Positions 7,155 through 17,200 of a stretch of 60,006 nucleotides of DNA are shown here, piece after piece. Position numbers and translations under genes: made by a program. The stretch's first letter is position 1. Each line of letters begins with the position of its first letter. The stretch comes from an uncultured Candidatus Peribacteria bacterium. GTDB taxonomy: Bacteria; Patescibacteriota; Gracilibacteria; UBA1369; LOWO2-01-FULL-3. The stretch covers positions 1 to 60,006 of the forward strand of contig CAYZOB010000075.1 in assembly GCA_964480115.1 (NCBI GenBank). Reading direction: 5' to 3'. The notes beneath the pieces are model-generated. The model ran no database searches, was not told the DNA's origin, and saw only the letters and a program-made list of their open reading frames with translations.

Positions 7155-9383
7155 ATGAAGTATTTTCAGGTGGTCGTGCCCCAGGGTGACGGCGAGAAAA
7201 AAAAGGAGAAAATTTATGAAGAACTTTTGGTGAATCTGCATAAGACGGCACATCATGCCCATCTGTCGATGGAATACTTCGGTTATGAGCAATATACGTA
7301 TTTGTTTTTTGCGGTCCCGGACAGTCTTTTTGAGACGGTGGAAGGTTTGCTTTATGCCACTTTCCCCGATTGTGAGATCAAGGAAACTTCCGATTATGTT
7401 GATAATTATAAGCAGGGAAACGGTAAATTATTCTTGGCGGGTGCGCGGCTGAAATTCAAGTGGGGTGATATTTATCCTTTTAAAACTTTTAGTCATTTTG
7501 AGGATGATAGCCAGAGCAGACTTTTTTCAATTATTTCCAAAATTAATTCCGGTGAACAAGTTTGGGTGCAATTTGTGATTCATCCGCTTGAGGAAACTGC
7601 AGGGTATCATTTCAAGCGCAAGTGGGCGGTCAAATTCAACAATTTCAAGAAAACTTTCAATATTCGTGATCGGCTGAGAGCCAAAGATGCACATAGTGTG
7701 GTTCAGCATCGTAAGGAATTGGCCATGGAAAAGCTGAAACATGGTGAACCGTTTCAGATTACAATACGATGCGGTTATTTAGCCAAAACTGCAGCAGAAG
7801 CTCATCGTAAACTGCATGCTGTCGCGCATAGTTTTTATCAGTATAATGAAACGGATATTCAGGAATTCAGATCTGTGGATATGGGAGAGGCCACTTTTCT
7901 CCTTGAATATAAGCAGCGCAAATTGATTACTCCGATAATGGTGGGGCCGACGGAGCTGGCAACTTTATACCATTTGCCGAATCCGGATATCGTGCCACAT
8001 ATTGTGCATGTTTTAGCCCGAAAATCCGAGGCACCGCAAGATTTGCCAAAAATAGGGGAGCCGAACATCAGTCTTTTCGGTGTAACTAATTATCATAATA
8101 ATTTTGATAAGTTTGGGATTAAACTTATTGATCGCAGACGTCATTTGTATGCGGTGGGTAAGTCCGGTTCCGGTAAGTCGAAATTGCTGGAGCTTTTGGT
8201 CTATTCAGACATTATTAATGGTAGGGGCGTGGGTGTGTTGGATCCGCACGGTGATTTGGTTGATAATGTGTTGGAATTTGTGCCGGAACATCGTATAAAA
8301 GACGTGATTTATTTTGATCCTTCCGATATAAATTTTCCTATTTCCTTCAATCCTTTGGAAAATGTGGCGGAGGAGTACAAAATGCAGGTGACGATCGGTT
8401 TCCTGTTTATTTTTAAGAAATTGTTTGGTTCAAATTGGACTGATCGTTTGGAACACGTTTTGCTTTATACGGTTTTGGCGCTTTTGGACAGTCCTAATAC
8501 CACGGTGCTTTCAATTCTGAAAATGCTGACGGATAAAAATTATCGTCAAACAATCGTATCCAGGATCAAGGATAATGTGGTGAAGAATTTCTGGGTTTCG
8601 GAATTTGCCGGTTGGAGTGAAAAGTTTGATGCGGAAGCCATCACGCCGCTTTTGAATAAAGTTGGTCAATTTGTGGCGACCAATATGATTCGTAATATTA
8701 TCGGTCAGCCAAAAAACAAGATTAATATCAGGGAGATTATGGACGGGCAGAAAATTTTATTGATGAAGGTTTCCAAGGGTTTGTTGGGCGAAGAAAACAG
8801 TGGATTGATGGGCGCGATGATTATTACAAAAATGTATCAGGCGGCCATGAGTCGCGCTGATATAAAAGAGGAAGAGCGTAAAGATTTCTATTTCTATGTC
8901 GATGAATTTCAGAATTTTGCGACGGATACTTTTGCGGAAATTTTGTCCGAGGCTCGAAAGTATCGTCTGGATTTGACGATTGCTCATCAGTACATGGGGC
9001 AATTATCCGGCCTGATTCAGAAAACGGTTTTTGGCAACGTAGGCTCAATGATCAGTTTCCGCGTAGGTGCGGATGACGCCGGTGTTTTGGCTCAGGAGTA
9101 TAATCCGATTTTTAAGGAAAGAGATATTATCAATCTCGGCGTGCGGGAATTTTACTGTAAAATGTCCATTAATGGTGAAATTCGAGAAGCTTTCTCGGCC
9201 AGGACAATGGACGTGCCAAAAATCGAGAAAAACTACGTGAAAGAAATTATTGAAAATTCGCGTAAAACTTATTGTGAGACAAGAGCTTCGGTTGAAGAAA
9301 CTTTGTCAAAATGGGATGAGTCCGGTGAATTTGCCAATTTGGTGCCGGCGGAGGAGCCGGAGTTTGAAGAGCCATTAATTTAA
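7155..9383 (+). CDS. TraD/VirD4-like (FtsK/HerA-superfamily) P-loop ATPase with a lineage-specific N-terminal domain of about 330 aa
   Basis: Walker A AVGKSGSGKSKL; GVLDPHGDL; Walker B FYFYVDEFQNF; AHQYMGQL. The overall layout is that of type IV coupling-protein-like ATPases. No TM anchor and no other T4SS genes nearby. Confidence 0.8.
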   Translation: MKYFQVVVPQGDGEKKKEKIYEELLVNLHKTAHHAHLSMEYFGYEQYTYLFFAVPDSLFETVEGLLYATFPDCEIKETSDYVDNYKQGNGKLFLAGARLKFKWGDIYPFKTFSHFEDDSQSRLFSIISKINSGEQVWVQFVIHPLEETAGYHFKRKWAVKFNNFKKTFNIRDRLRAKDAHSVVQHRKELAMEKLKHGEPFQITIRCGYLAKTAAEAHRKLHAVAHSFYQYNETDIQEFRSVDMGEATFLLEYKQRKLITPIMVGPTELATLYHLPNPDIVPHIVHVLARKSEAPQDLPKIGEPNISLFGVTNYHNNFDKFGIKLIDRRRHLYAVGKSGSGKSKLLELLVYSDIINGRGVGVLDPHGDLVDNVLEFVPEHRIKDVIYFDPSDINFPISFNPLENVAEEYKMQVTIGFLFIFKKLFGSNWTDRLEHVLLYTVLALLDSPNTTVLSILKMLTDKNYRQTIVSRIKDNVVKNFWVSEFAGWSEKFDAEAITPLLNKVGQFVATNMIRNIIGQPKNKINIREIMDGQKILLMKVSKGLLGEENSGLMGAMIITKMYQAAMSRADIKEEERKDFYFYVDEFQNFATDTFAEILSEARKYRLDLTIAHQYMGQLSGLIQKTVFGNVGSMISFRVGADDAGVLAQEYNPIFKERDIINLGVREFYCKMSINGEIREAFSARTMDVPKIEKNYVKEIIENSRKTYCETRASVEETLSKWDESGEFANLVPAEEPEFEEPLI

Positions 9384-9428
9384 TCTTTTTAATTTGTTTC
9401 TTCAATTGATGTGATATATATTTAGGGC

Positions 9429-10571
9429 ATGGAAAAGTTCTCTCGTTCCAAGTCTGTAAAAAATAAGAATTTGCAAATTGAAGATGTTCTTCCGCAACAT
9501 GCGATTATTTTGGATAAATTGCCGGGGTATTTTTTGATTTTTTGTTTGGCTTTTACCACGGTTTTGTTTTTCCAGATTTTGAAACCTTTTTTGACTGTAA
9601 TTTTTTTGGCGGCTGTTTTGAGTATGGCTTTTTATCCAATGTATAAGAAGTTATTACGAATTTTTAAAGATGTTCAGGGCTTGGCTTCAATAATTACTTG
9701 TTTGCTGGTTATATTGTTGACGGTGGTGCCTTTGACAATTTTTGTTGTTTTGATGGCCGGCGAAGCGGTCAGTACTTATCAGACAATTCAGACCAAGGTT
9801 AATTCCGGTGTATTTGATCAATATCTGCAATGGCAGAATGGTGGTTTTTTCTATGATTTAAATGAAAAAGTTAAAACTATTGTAGATCTTGAAAAAATCG
9901 ATCTTAAAAAAACCGTTCTGGATATGGCTCAGTCATTGAGTACTATTCTGGTTGCTCAGGCCGCGACGCTTTTAAGAAGTATTTCGGATTTGTTTATAAA
10001 TATTTTCATTCTGCTTTTCTCAATGTATTATTTTTTTAAGGACGGAAAACTCATAGTGGAAAAAATCAGATCTGTTAGCCCTTTACCTTCTTTATATGAA
10101 AATGAGCTTTTTGCCAAGATGAGTGATATGTCCAAAGCAATATTGTTGGGAGTTTTTTTGACAGCGGTATTGCAGGGTTTTGTTGGCGGAATAGGATTTT
10201 TGATTGCCGGTATTGACAATCCGATTTTCTGGGGAACAGCAATGGCATTTTTCTCGTTGGTGCCACTGATAGGTACTGCGGTGATATGGTTGCCGGCGGG
10301 GATTATTTTGGCGGTAATGGGGCAATATGGTGCGGCAATTTTTATATTGCTTTGGGGCGCGGTGGTGGTTGGTTTGGTTGATAATGTGGCCAGACCATAT
10401 CTCATTGGTGGTAGAGCCAATACTTATCCTTTGCTTACTTTTTTTGTTATTTTGGGAGGAATCTGGACCATGGGGCTTCAGGGAGTGATTATTGGCCCGC
10501 TGGTGTTAATGCTGCTGATGTCTTTTCTTCATATATATCAGGCTGAATATGGCAAAGTTCTTAAAAATTAA
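9429..10571 (+). CDS. AI-2E family transporter (PerM/UPF0118)
   Basis: 380 aa, about 8 TM. Characteristic C-terminal core: GFLIAGIDNPIFWGTAMAFFSLVPLIGTAVIWLPAGI.. Confidence 0.85.
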   Translation: MEKFSRSKSVKNKNLQIEDVLPQHAIILDKLPGYFLIFCLAFTTVLFFQILKPFLTVIFLAAVLSMAFYPMYKKLLRIFKDVQGLASIITCLLVILLTVVPLTIFVVLMAGEAVSTYQTIQTKVNSGVFDQYLQWQNGGFFYDLNEKVKTIVDLEKIDLKKTVLDMAQSLSTILVAQAATLLRSISDLFINIFILLFSMYYFFKDGKLIVEKIRSVSPLPSLYENELFAKMSDMSKAILLGVFLTAVLQGFVGGIGFLIAGIDNPIFWGTAMAFFSLVPLIGTAVIWLPAGIILAVMGQYGAAIFILLWGAVVVGLVDNVARPYLIGGRANTYPLLTFFVILGGIWTMGLQGVIIGPLVLMLLMSFLHIYQAEYGKVLKN

Positions 10572-10582
10572 TTTAAAATAAC

Positions 10583-11365
10583 ATGACTGTAAAAAAATCA
10601 TTGAAGGTTAAGGCGAATAATAAAAACGAGGGCGGTATTTCCCCGCATCATCGAAATTTTTTGGCGATGCTGGTTTTGTTTACAGGATTTTCGTTGTACG
10701 CAATTACTTCTTTCATGAGTTCAAATAATAGTTATATTAAGAGGATGTTTGCCGATGTTCTTGTGAGTGATCAGGTTCAAGAGCAGCCGGTAAATAGAGA
10801 AAATCCTTTTACGGATTTGCCGGACTACCATCAAAGTTATCAGGCTGTTATTGAGCTTTATTATCGTGGAGTGGTCGGTGGTTATTCCGACAATACTTTT
10901 AAGCCTGACAATAAAGTAAATAGAGCGGAATTTGCAAAAATGTTGGTGGAAGCTTCCGATGTCGATTATTCAGCTGTGCCCAGTCAAAATATTGCGAATT
11001 GTTTTACCGATGTGAATGTGCCTGGTGCTTGGTTTGAGCCTTCGGTGTGTGCGGCCAAGTATAAGGGTTGGGTCAATGGTTATGCCGGTGGTGAATATGG
11101 TGTGACCAGGAATATTACCAAGTCTGAAGGGCTGAAGATTGTGTTGAAAGCTTTTAACTTGGAGGTTCCCGCTAATGAAACTGTCGTTGAGATGCCTTTT
11201 AATGATGTACATCCTGAAGATTGGTTTCTTGGCGTGGCCAGAGCTGCAAAAGATAATGCTTTAGTGAGCAAGGCTGCGGTATTTGTTCCCGGTTGGGAGT
11301 TAACGCGAGCTGATGTCGCGCAGATTATCTATAAGGCGATGCGAGTTAAAGGTCTTGTGCAATAG
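10583..11365 (+). CDS. S-layer homology (SLH) domain protein, three SLH repeats, N-terminal signal anchor
   Basis: FTDLPDYHQSYQAVIELYYRGVVGGYSDNTFKPDNKVNRAEFAKMLV, plus two further SLH-like repeats (CFTDVNVPGAWFE..; FNDVHPEDWF..LTRADVAQIIYKAM). Confidence 0.8.
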   Translation: MTVKKSLKVKANNKNEGGISPHHRNFLAMLVLFTGFSLYAITSFMSSNNSYIKRMFADVLVSDQVQEQPVNRENPFTDLPDYHQSYQAVIELYYRGVVGGYSDNTFKPDNKVNRAEFAKMLVEASDVDYSAVPSQNIANCFTDVNVPGAWFEPSVCAAKYKGWVNGYAGGEYGVTRNITKSEGLKIVLKAFNLEVPANETVVEMPFNDVHPEDWFLGVARAAKDNALVSKAAVFVPGWELTRADVAQIIYKAMRVKGLVQ

Positions 11366-12274
11366 CCATATTAGAATTGTCAAGATTGGGATGAGGCTGT
11401 AGTAAAGCCATTCTTCTTTGTTTTCCTGTTCCTTGCTTGTTGTTTTGGCTTGTTTGGTGATTTTGAAGTCAACTAGAGAATAGTTTTGATTTTTGTTTTT
11501 TTCGATGAGGAATAGAGCGGTAGTGCCGGGATTGAGAGTGTTTTGTATAAGTTCGAAATTCATTGTTTTTGGGATGTATACTTTTATGATCTCATTGGTT
11601 TTGATTTTTATTTTTAAATGTTTGGATGTGTTTTTTGCCGTTTCCGTAATTGTCTCTTGAATTGTTCCACTTAATTTATAGAAGATCGGATTTGGCTTGT
11701 TTTTTGTAGGATTTGTCCAGGTAATCAGGTTCTTGCCGCTGGAAGATCCCTTGATTTGAATTTTGCTCAGACTCAGATCCTCTTTTGTTTTGGCGTAATT
11801 TACGGTGTCGATATTTTTTTCAACAAAGTCCCGCAATTCGATTTTGCAATTTGAGTTTAATAAGGAGAATTTACTGTTGCTAGAGTCCAGAATTAAATAT
11901 GAATGTGGCGCGACGGTGATTTTGTCCGATAATTTGATGATTTTTGGCTTGGTACCTTTTTTAGTATTGGTTATTACCAATCTCCAATTTCCAAGATTAA
12001 CATTGTGATTTTCCGGATTATATAACTCTATCCATTCTTTATCGGTGTCTGTACCTTTCGGGTTGGGAAAAATTTCGGAAATACTGATTTTGTTTGAGAG
12101 ATTGCCGTTTTGATAGTTTTTGGCTTTAGTTTTCTTTACTTTTGTTTGTTCGGTAACTTTTGAAGTTTTTGACGTAATTTTTGCGGTTTTTGCCAATGAA
12201 ATGTTTGAAAATTGATAAAAAATGACCAAGGAGGTTATTAAAAGTACTATTTTTATTGATTTTGATTTCTTCAT
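11300..12274 (-). CDS. Lamin-tail-domain (LTD) surface protein with signal peptide and C-terminal TM anchor
   Basis: ISISEIFPNPKGTDTDKEWIELYNPENHNVNLGNWRL is the LTD signature. N-terminal KSIKIVLLITSLVIFY..SLA. C-terminal WLYYSLIPILTILIWLL. The 3' end overlaps the convergent SLH gene by 66 nt. Confidence 0.8.
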   Translation of the reverse strand: MKKSKSIKIVLLITSLVIFYQFSNISLAKTAKITSKTSKVTEQTKVKKTKAKNYQNGNLSNKISISEIFPNPKGTDTDKEWIELYNPENHNVNLGNWRLVITNTKKGTKPKIIKLSDKITVAPHSYLILDSSNSKFSLLNSNCKIELRDFVEKNIDTVNYAKTKEDLSLSKIQIKGSSSGKNLITWTNPTKNKPNPIFYKLSGTIQETITETAKNTSKHLKIKIKTNEIIKVYIPKTMNFELIQNTLNPGTTALFLIEKNKNQNYSLVDFKITKQAKTTSKEQENKEEWLYYSLIPILTILIWLLHKTFNSHRLIDNLRDISSR

Positions 12275-12292
12275 GTTTTTAAACTAAGCATA

Positions 12293-12329
12293 CAAACTTA
12301 AAATTTTCTTAAAATAAATCTAAAATCCT
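12293..12329. repeat. Copy 1 of a 37-nt AT-rich element (26 nt identical to the copy at 45527..45563)
   Basis: caaacttaaaattttcttaaaataaaTCtaaaatcCt versus caaacttaaaattttcttaaaataaaGTtaaaatcTt. It contains CTTAAAA twice, 11 nt apart. Located in the divergent intergenic region between the LTD gene and rny. Confidence 0.8.
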
Positions 12330-12340
12330 AAATTATCCGT

Positions 12341-12368
12341 TTGACATTCTGCATGAATGAGGTAAATT
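12341..12368 (+). promoter_or_regulatory. Candidate sigma70-type promoter for rny
   Basis: TTGACA (12341-12346), 16-nt spacer, TAAATT (12363-12368). It would leave a leader of roughly 190 nt before rny. Confidence 0.35.
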
Positions 12369-12564
12369 GAGTTTGTAAATTAAAGGAGTTTTGGATAGGT
12401 TTATAAGATTTATTCGCACGATAAAGTTGTTAAAAAAACGTTTGATCATAAAGAAAAAAATTGCAGAACAGGTTAGAATTCTTTCCAGTCAAGTTAATGA
12501 CTAGGGGGTAGTGATGTGGAAAATCTTTAAATCAGGTCCGGAACTTCAATCTAACCAATAGATT

Positions 12565-14088
12565 ATGTTTGTTCCAATTTTACTAGCGCTTCTTGGGATA
12601 GCTTTGGGTATAGCTTCAGGTTACTATTATCGCAAGAAACAGGTTGAAGGAAAGAATAAGGATTTGGTTGCCAAGTCTGAACAGATTTTGGCCGATGCCA
12701 AAAGTAAGTCGAAAGAAATTATCTACGAGGCTCGTAATGAGGCGATTAAGCTTCAGGACGAAGTAAAGAGAGAGGAACAGCGTACCAATGCGAAACTCGA
12801 TGAGGTGGAGGAGCGCTTGTTGAAAAAAGAACAAGTACTGGATCACAAACATGACGATGTGGAGAAATTGAGGCTGGAACTGGATAATAAGGTTACTTCG
12901 GTAAAGCAATTGAGGGATGAAATAGAGAGCATTTACAAGATGCAGGCTCAGCAACTGGAGAAAATTGCCGGAATGTCCAAGGAGGAAGCTAAGGTTGTTT
13001 TGTTGCAAAAAGTTGAAGAGGATTCCAAGGAAGATATTGCCGCTCAGATCAGGAAGGCTGAGAAGGATTTACAGGAAAAGGCTGATGAAAGAGCCAAGTG
13101 GATTATTGCCGATGCTATTTCGCGCTGTGCCGCTGAGACTACGGCCGAATCTACAGCTACAATTGTGAATTTGCCGAATGATGAGATGAAAGGACGTATC
13201 ATTGGCCGTGAAGGGCGTAATATTAATACTTTTGAACAAATTACAGGTGTGGATGTTATCATTGATGACACCCCGGGATCGATTATTATTTCCGGTTTTG
13301 ATCTGGTGCGTCGCTATATTGCCAAGGTGTCTTTGGAAAGATTGATTGAAGATGGTCGTATTCATCCCGCCAGAATTGAGGAAACGGTGGAAAAAATGAA
13401 AGATGAAGTGAATGTGTTGATTAAGGAATTAGGAGAGAAGGCGGTGTTGGAGACGGGAGTAACCGGTTTACATCCAAATCTTACAAAAATCTTGGGTCGT
13501 TTGAAATTCAGGGTGACTCATGGTCAAAATGCTTTGAGACATTCTATGGAGGTGGCATTGATTGCTGCGGCTTTGGCTGCTGAATTGGGGGCTGACGAGG
13601 GGATCTGCAGGAAAGCCGGTTTATTGCATGATATTGGTAAAGCGGTGGATCATGAGGTGCCGGGGCATCATGCTAAGATTGGTGCGGACATTGCGCGTAA
13701 ATTTGGATTGTCAGCGGAAGTGGTTCATGCGATTGAAGCTCATCATGGTCATCCGGCTCCGGAAAGCATTGAGGCTCAAATTGTGCAAATTGCCAATATT
13801 ATTTCCAATGCCAGACCTGGTGCAAATAAAGAGAATTTGGATACTTACATCAGAAGACTTATGGAATTTGAGAACATGTGTAACAGCTTTGAGGGAGTGA
13901 AGAAGTCTTATGTGATTCAGGCCGGTACCGAGGTGAGGATATTTATTGATCCTGATCAGATTGATGACTTGGGATCCGTCAAGTTGGCGCACAGTGTGGT
14001 GAGAAAAATAGAACATGATCTGCAACATCCCGGTCCGGTAAAGGTACATGTAATCAGAGAGACCAGGGTGGAGGATTTTGCCAAATAA
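12565..14088 (+). CDS. rny: Ribonuclease Y
   Basis: N-terminal TM helix, a long charged coiled coil, a KH domain (GRIIGREGRNINTFEQITGVDVIIDD) and an HD domain (LLHDIGKAVDHE..HH). 507 aa. Confidence 0.95.
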   Translation: MFVPILLALLGIALGIASGYYYRKKQVEGKNKDLVAKSEQILADAKSKSKEIIYEARNEAIKLQDEVKREEQRTNAKLDEVEERLLKKEQVLDHKHDDVEKLRLELDNKVTSVKQLRDEIESIYKMQAQQLEKIAGMSKEEAKVVLLQKVEEDSKEDIAAQIRKAEKDLQEKADERAKWIIADAISRCAAETTAESTATIVNLPNDEMKGRIIGREGRNINTFEQITGVDVIIDDTPGSIIISGFDLVRRYIAKVSLERLIEDGRIHPARIEETVEKMKDEVNVLIKELGEKAVLETGVTGLHPNLTKILGRLKFRVTHGQNALRHSMEVALIAAALAAELGADEGICRKAGLLHDIGKAVDHEVPGHHAKIGADIARKFGLSAEVVHAIEAHHGHPAPESIEAQIVQIANIISNARPGANKENLDTYIRRLMEFENMCNSFEGVKKSYVIQAGTEVRIFIDPDQIDDLGSVKLAHSVVRKIEHDLQHPGPVKVHVIRETRVEDFAK

Positions 14089-14209
14089 TAATTACTTAAA
14101 GTGGAGCGTTATACTCCATTTTAAGATTGATTTCTGGTTTTATAGGCTTGTTTTTTAGGTGAAAAAATGGTAGGATATCAGGAAGGAAGGAAAATAAAAA
14201 TAAAATTTT

Positions 14210-17200
14210 ATGCGAAAATATGGTTATTTAAATTGGTTGAAACGATTGGTGGCTTTTCTGACGATTTTTGCGGTTTTTTCCAATGGTGCTTTTGCGTCAA
14301 TTTGGAATGTTGATATCAACTCTGATACCGATCCAAATACTTGTGTAGCCAATGAAGCTGATAATGATGATGATTGCACTTTTAGAGATGCTATAAGTCA
14401 GCTGGCCAATGGTGATACGATCAGATTTTTGGAGGATGAGACAATAACCGATACCACTGCCGGGATTACTTCTCATCAGATTACAGCAAATAATATCACT
14501 ATTGATGCAACAACCGGTAACAGGACGGTAAACTTTGATGGTAATCAGAAAGGTGGTGGAAGTGCGGCGGCGTTTTTACGCATATATGGAACTAATTTCA
14601 CTTTAAACGGTGTGCATCTCTATAATTACAACGGTAATGCCATACAGTTGGAAAATGGTGCCAACACTGCAAATATTCATGATAACGTAATTGGCAGAAA
14701 CTCTGCTGCCGCCGGTACCGGAAATTCATATGCGGTGAATATTGCCGGAGCAACCGGAGTTACAATTCAAAATAATGTTTTAAGCAATAATGGTAGAGGT
14801 ATTCTGATCAATACTCTACAACCGGTCGATGCTACCATTAAGGGTAATAGAATCGGTGTAGATGGAACTTTATCTTCCGGGGCATTGGCTGCAACCGGTG
14901 GTAATACCGCCGTTGCCAATTCCGGTGCCGGCATTGAGGTTCAGGGTGGAGATTTTTCAGGAGGATTACAGATTGGTGGATCCGCCGCTGCCGATAGAAA
15001 TATTATCTCCTCCAATGCGGGTTCCGCCGTATGGGTCAGAAGTTCCAATGCCGTTACCGGCACTATTACAGTGCAAAATAATTATATGGGTCTTGGACTG
15101 GATGGTTCTACTGTTTTGGCGAATGATACAAGCTCAACCAGTTATGGAGTAATTAATGTTGATAATGGTGCTGCTACTGCGGCTAATTGGACAATTAAAG
15201 ATAACGTGATTTCCGGTAATACCGGAGGTATCGGACCTATTCCCGGTATAGCCGTAAGATCAGGTGGTAGTGCTACAATTCAGGGTAATAAAATTGGCGT
15301 GAAAGCTGATGGCACTACGGCAGCCGGTAATAGCGGTCCTGGTATTTTAGTTGATGCAGGTACGGTAATTATTGGTACTAATTCTGATGGAACAAATGAT
15401 GCGGCTGAAGCGAATATTATTGCCAATAACGGTGCTGATGGTATTGAGAATACCGGTGCGGAGACGAATACCATAACTATTGCCGGAAATTCAATTGGTT
15501 TGGATTCTGCTGGTGGGGCGGATGGCAATACTTTGAGTGGGATTAAAATCAATAGCAATGCTACTACGGTTGCTATTGGCAAAGTGGCACCAAGCACTCC
15601 CGCAAACGGGCGAAATAAAATAGGTAATAATTCCGTAAACGGTGTTGAGATTGCAAGTACCGGTGGTACTTCGGGAAGTCCGGCGACGGTAACTATAGTG
15701 AATAATTATATCGGCACCGATGGCACGACTAATTATCCGAATACGGTCAGTGGTATTAAGTTTGCGGCAACTTCCGGCGTTACAAATCCAACTATTGGTT
15801 CTAATGGGGATGGAACAAATGACGCAAATGAAGCCAATACTATTGGTAAAAATGCGACTGCCGGAGTAAGCGCGACCACTGCGGAAATATTTATTCAAAA
15901 AGCTGTGAAAAATCTGGTGATTGCCGGAAATATTATTCTTGGCAATACGCCAACCAACGGAAGTCATGGAATTCTTGTAAACAATAGTACCGATGCGGTT
16001 TTAGCTTCTATTGTGATTGGCGGTGATGACTGCTCTACCGATGCTCATGCGACAAGCAATAGTTCGGTGGAAAGAAATTATATTACAGGAATCAAGGGTG
16101 AGGCCATATATATAGCTGATGCCGGTTCAGCTTCACCTACCGCTACCAGTCTTACTGTTCAATGTAATCAGGTTGGTATTAAAACTGATGGTACTTCCAG
16201 CGCCAATGCGATCAAGGGTGTAAATGTAGTAGATGCCGGGAACATTGTTTTCAAGGATAATACTATAGCTAATTCTGCTACCGACGGTGTCAATATCACC
16301 GGCGCGACGAAGGTGGAAGCTTATGGTAATAAAATAGGTACGGTTGCTTCCGGTTTGACACCGGCCGGTAATGGCGGTTATGGCATGATTATTAATGCGG
16401 CTACTTTGGCTGTTAGTGAATCTATTCCAATTCCTGTGATTATTGGTGGTATTACTGCCGCTTTGGGTAATGTTTTTGCCGCTTCATCGGGAGTTGCAGC
16501 TTTGCAAATCAATGATGTGGCTGCAACAACGACCCCTGTTACTATTCAAGGAAACTATGTGGGTGTATGTGCCGATCCTTTCGGCAAAGGTACGATTGCG
16601 ACAGGAAATCTGACTACCTGCAAAAACACACAGCGTGGTATAGGAATTTATGATGGCAGTGTGACTGTTGGTGGAGGAAGCGGCAACAGTATAGAAGTAG
16701 ATGGTACTTTGGCTGCCGGCAATGTGATTGCTAATAATGGTAGCGAAGGTGTAGCCATCGGTTTTGGTGGCACGCCATCGTCTGTTACTTTGACCGGCAA
16801 TATAATTGGTTTAATTAAATCTACCATTAATGATCCTTATAATGTGGCTGCCGGCAATACGAATGAAGGTATCAGTGTTTCCGGAGGTACTCCTGTTATT
16901 ACAATTGGGGGTACGGCCGGAGCGAATGCCTCTGCAAATCGCAATGTCATTTCGGCAAACGGTGGCGGAATTATTTTTAAAACAGCTAATAATTCAGCGG
17001 CTACAATTATAAATAATTATTTTAATACTGACTGGACCGGTGTGACCAAGCTTGTTGGTGCCGGTGGTGGTGCTATCGATATTGAAAGTGGAAGTTCTAC
17101 GATAAATGTTGGTGGAACAGGTACTAATCAGGGTAATTTAATTATCCCCGGTACAAGTTCTAATTTGGCAGGAGCTGCAATAGAGACGAGCTTAACCTAT

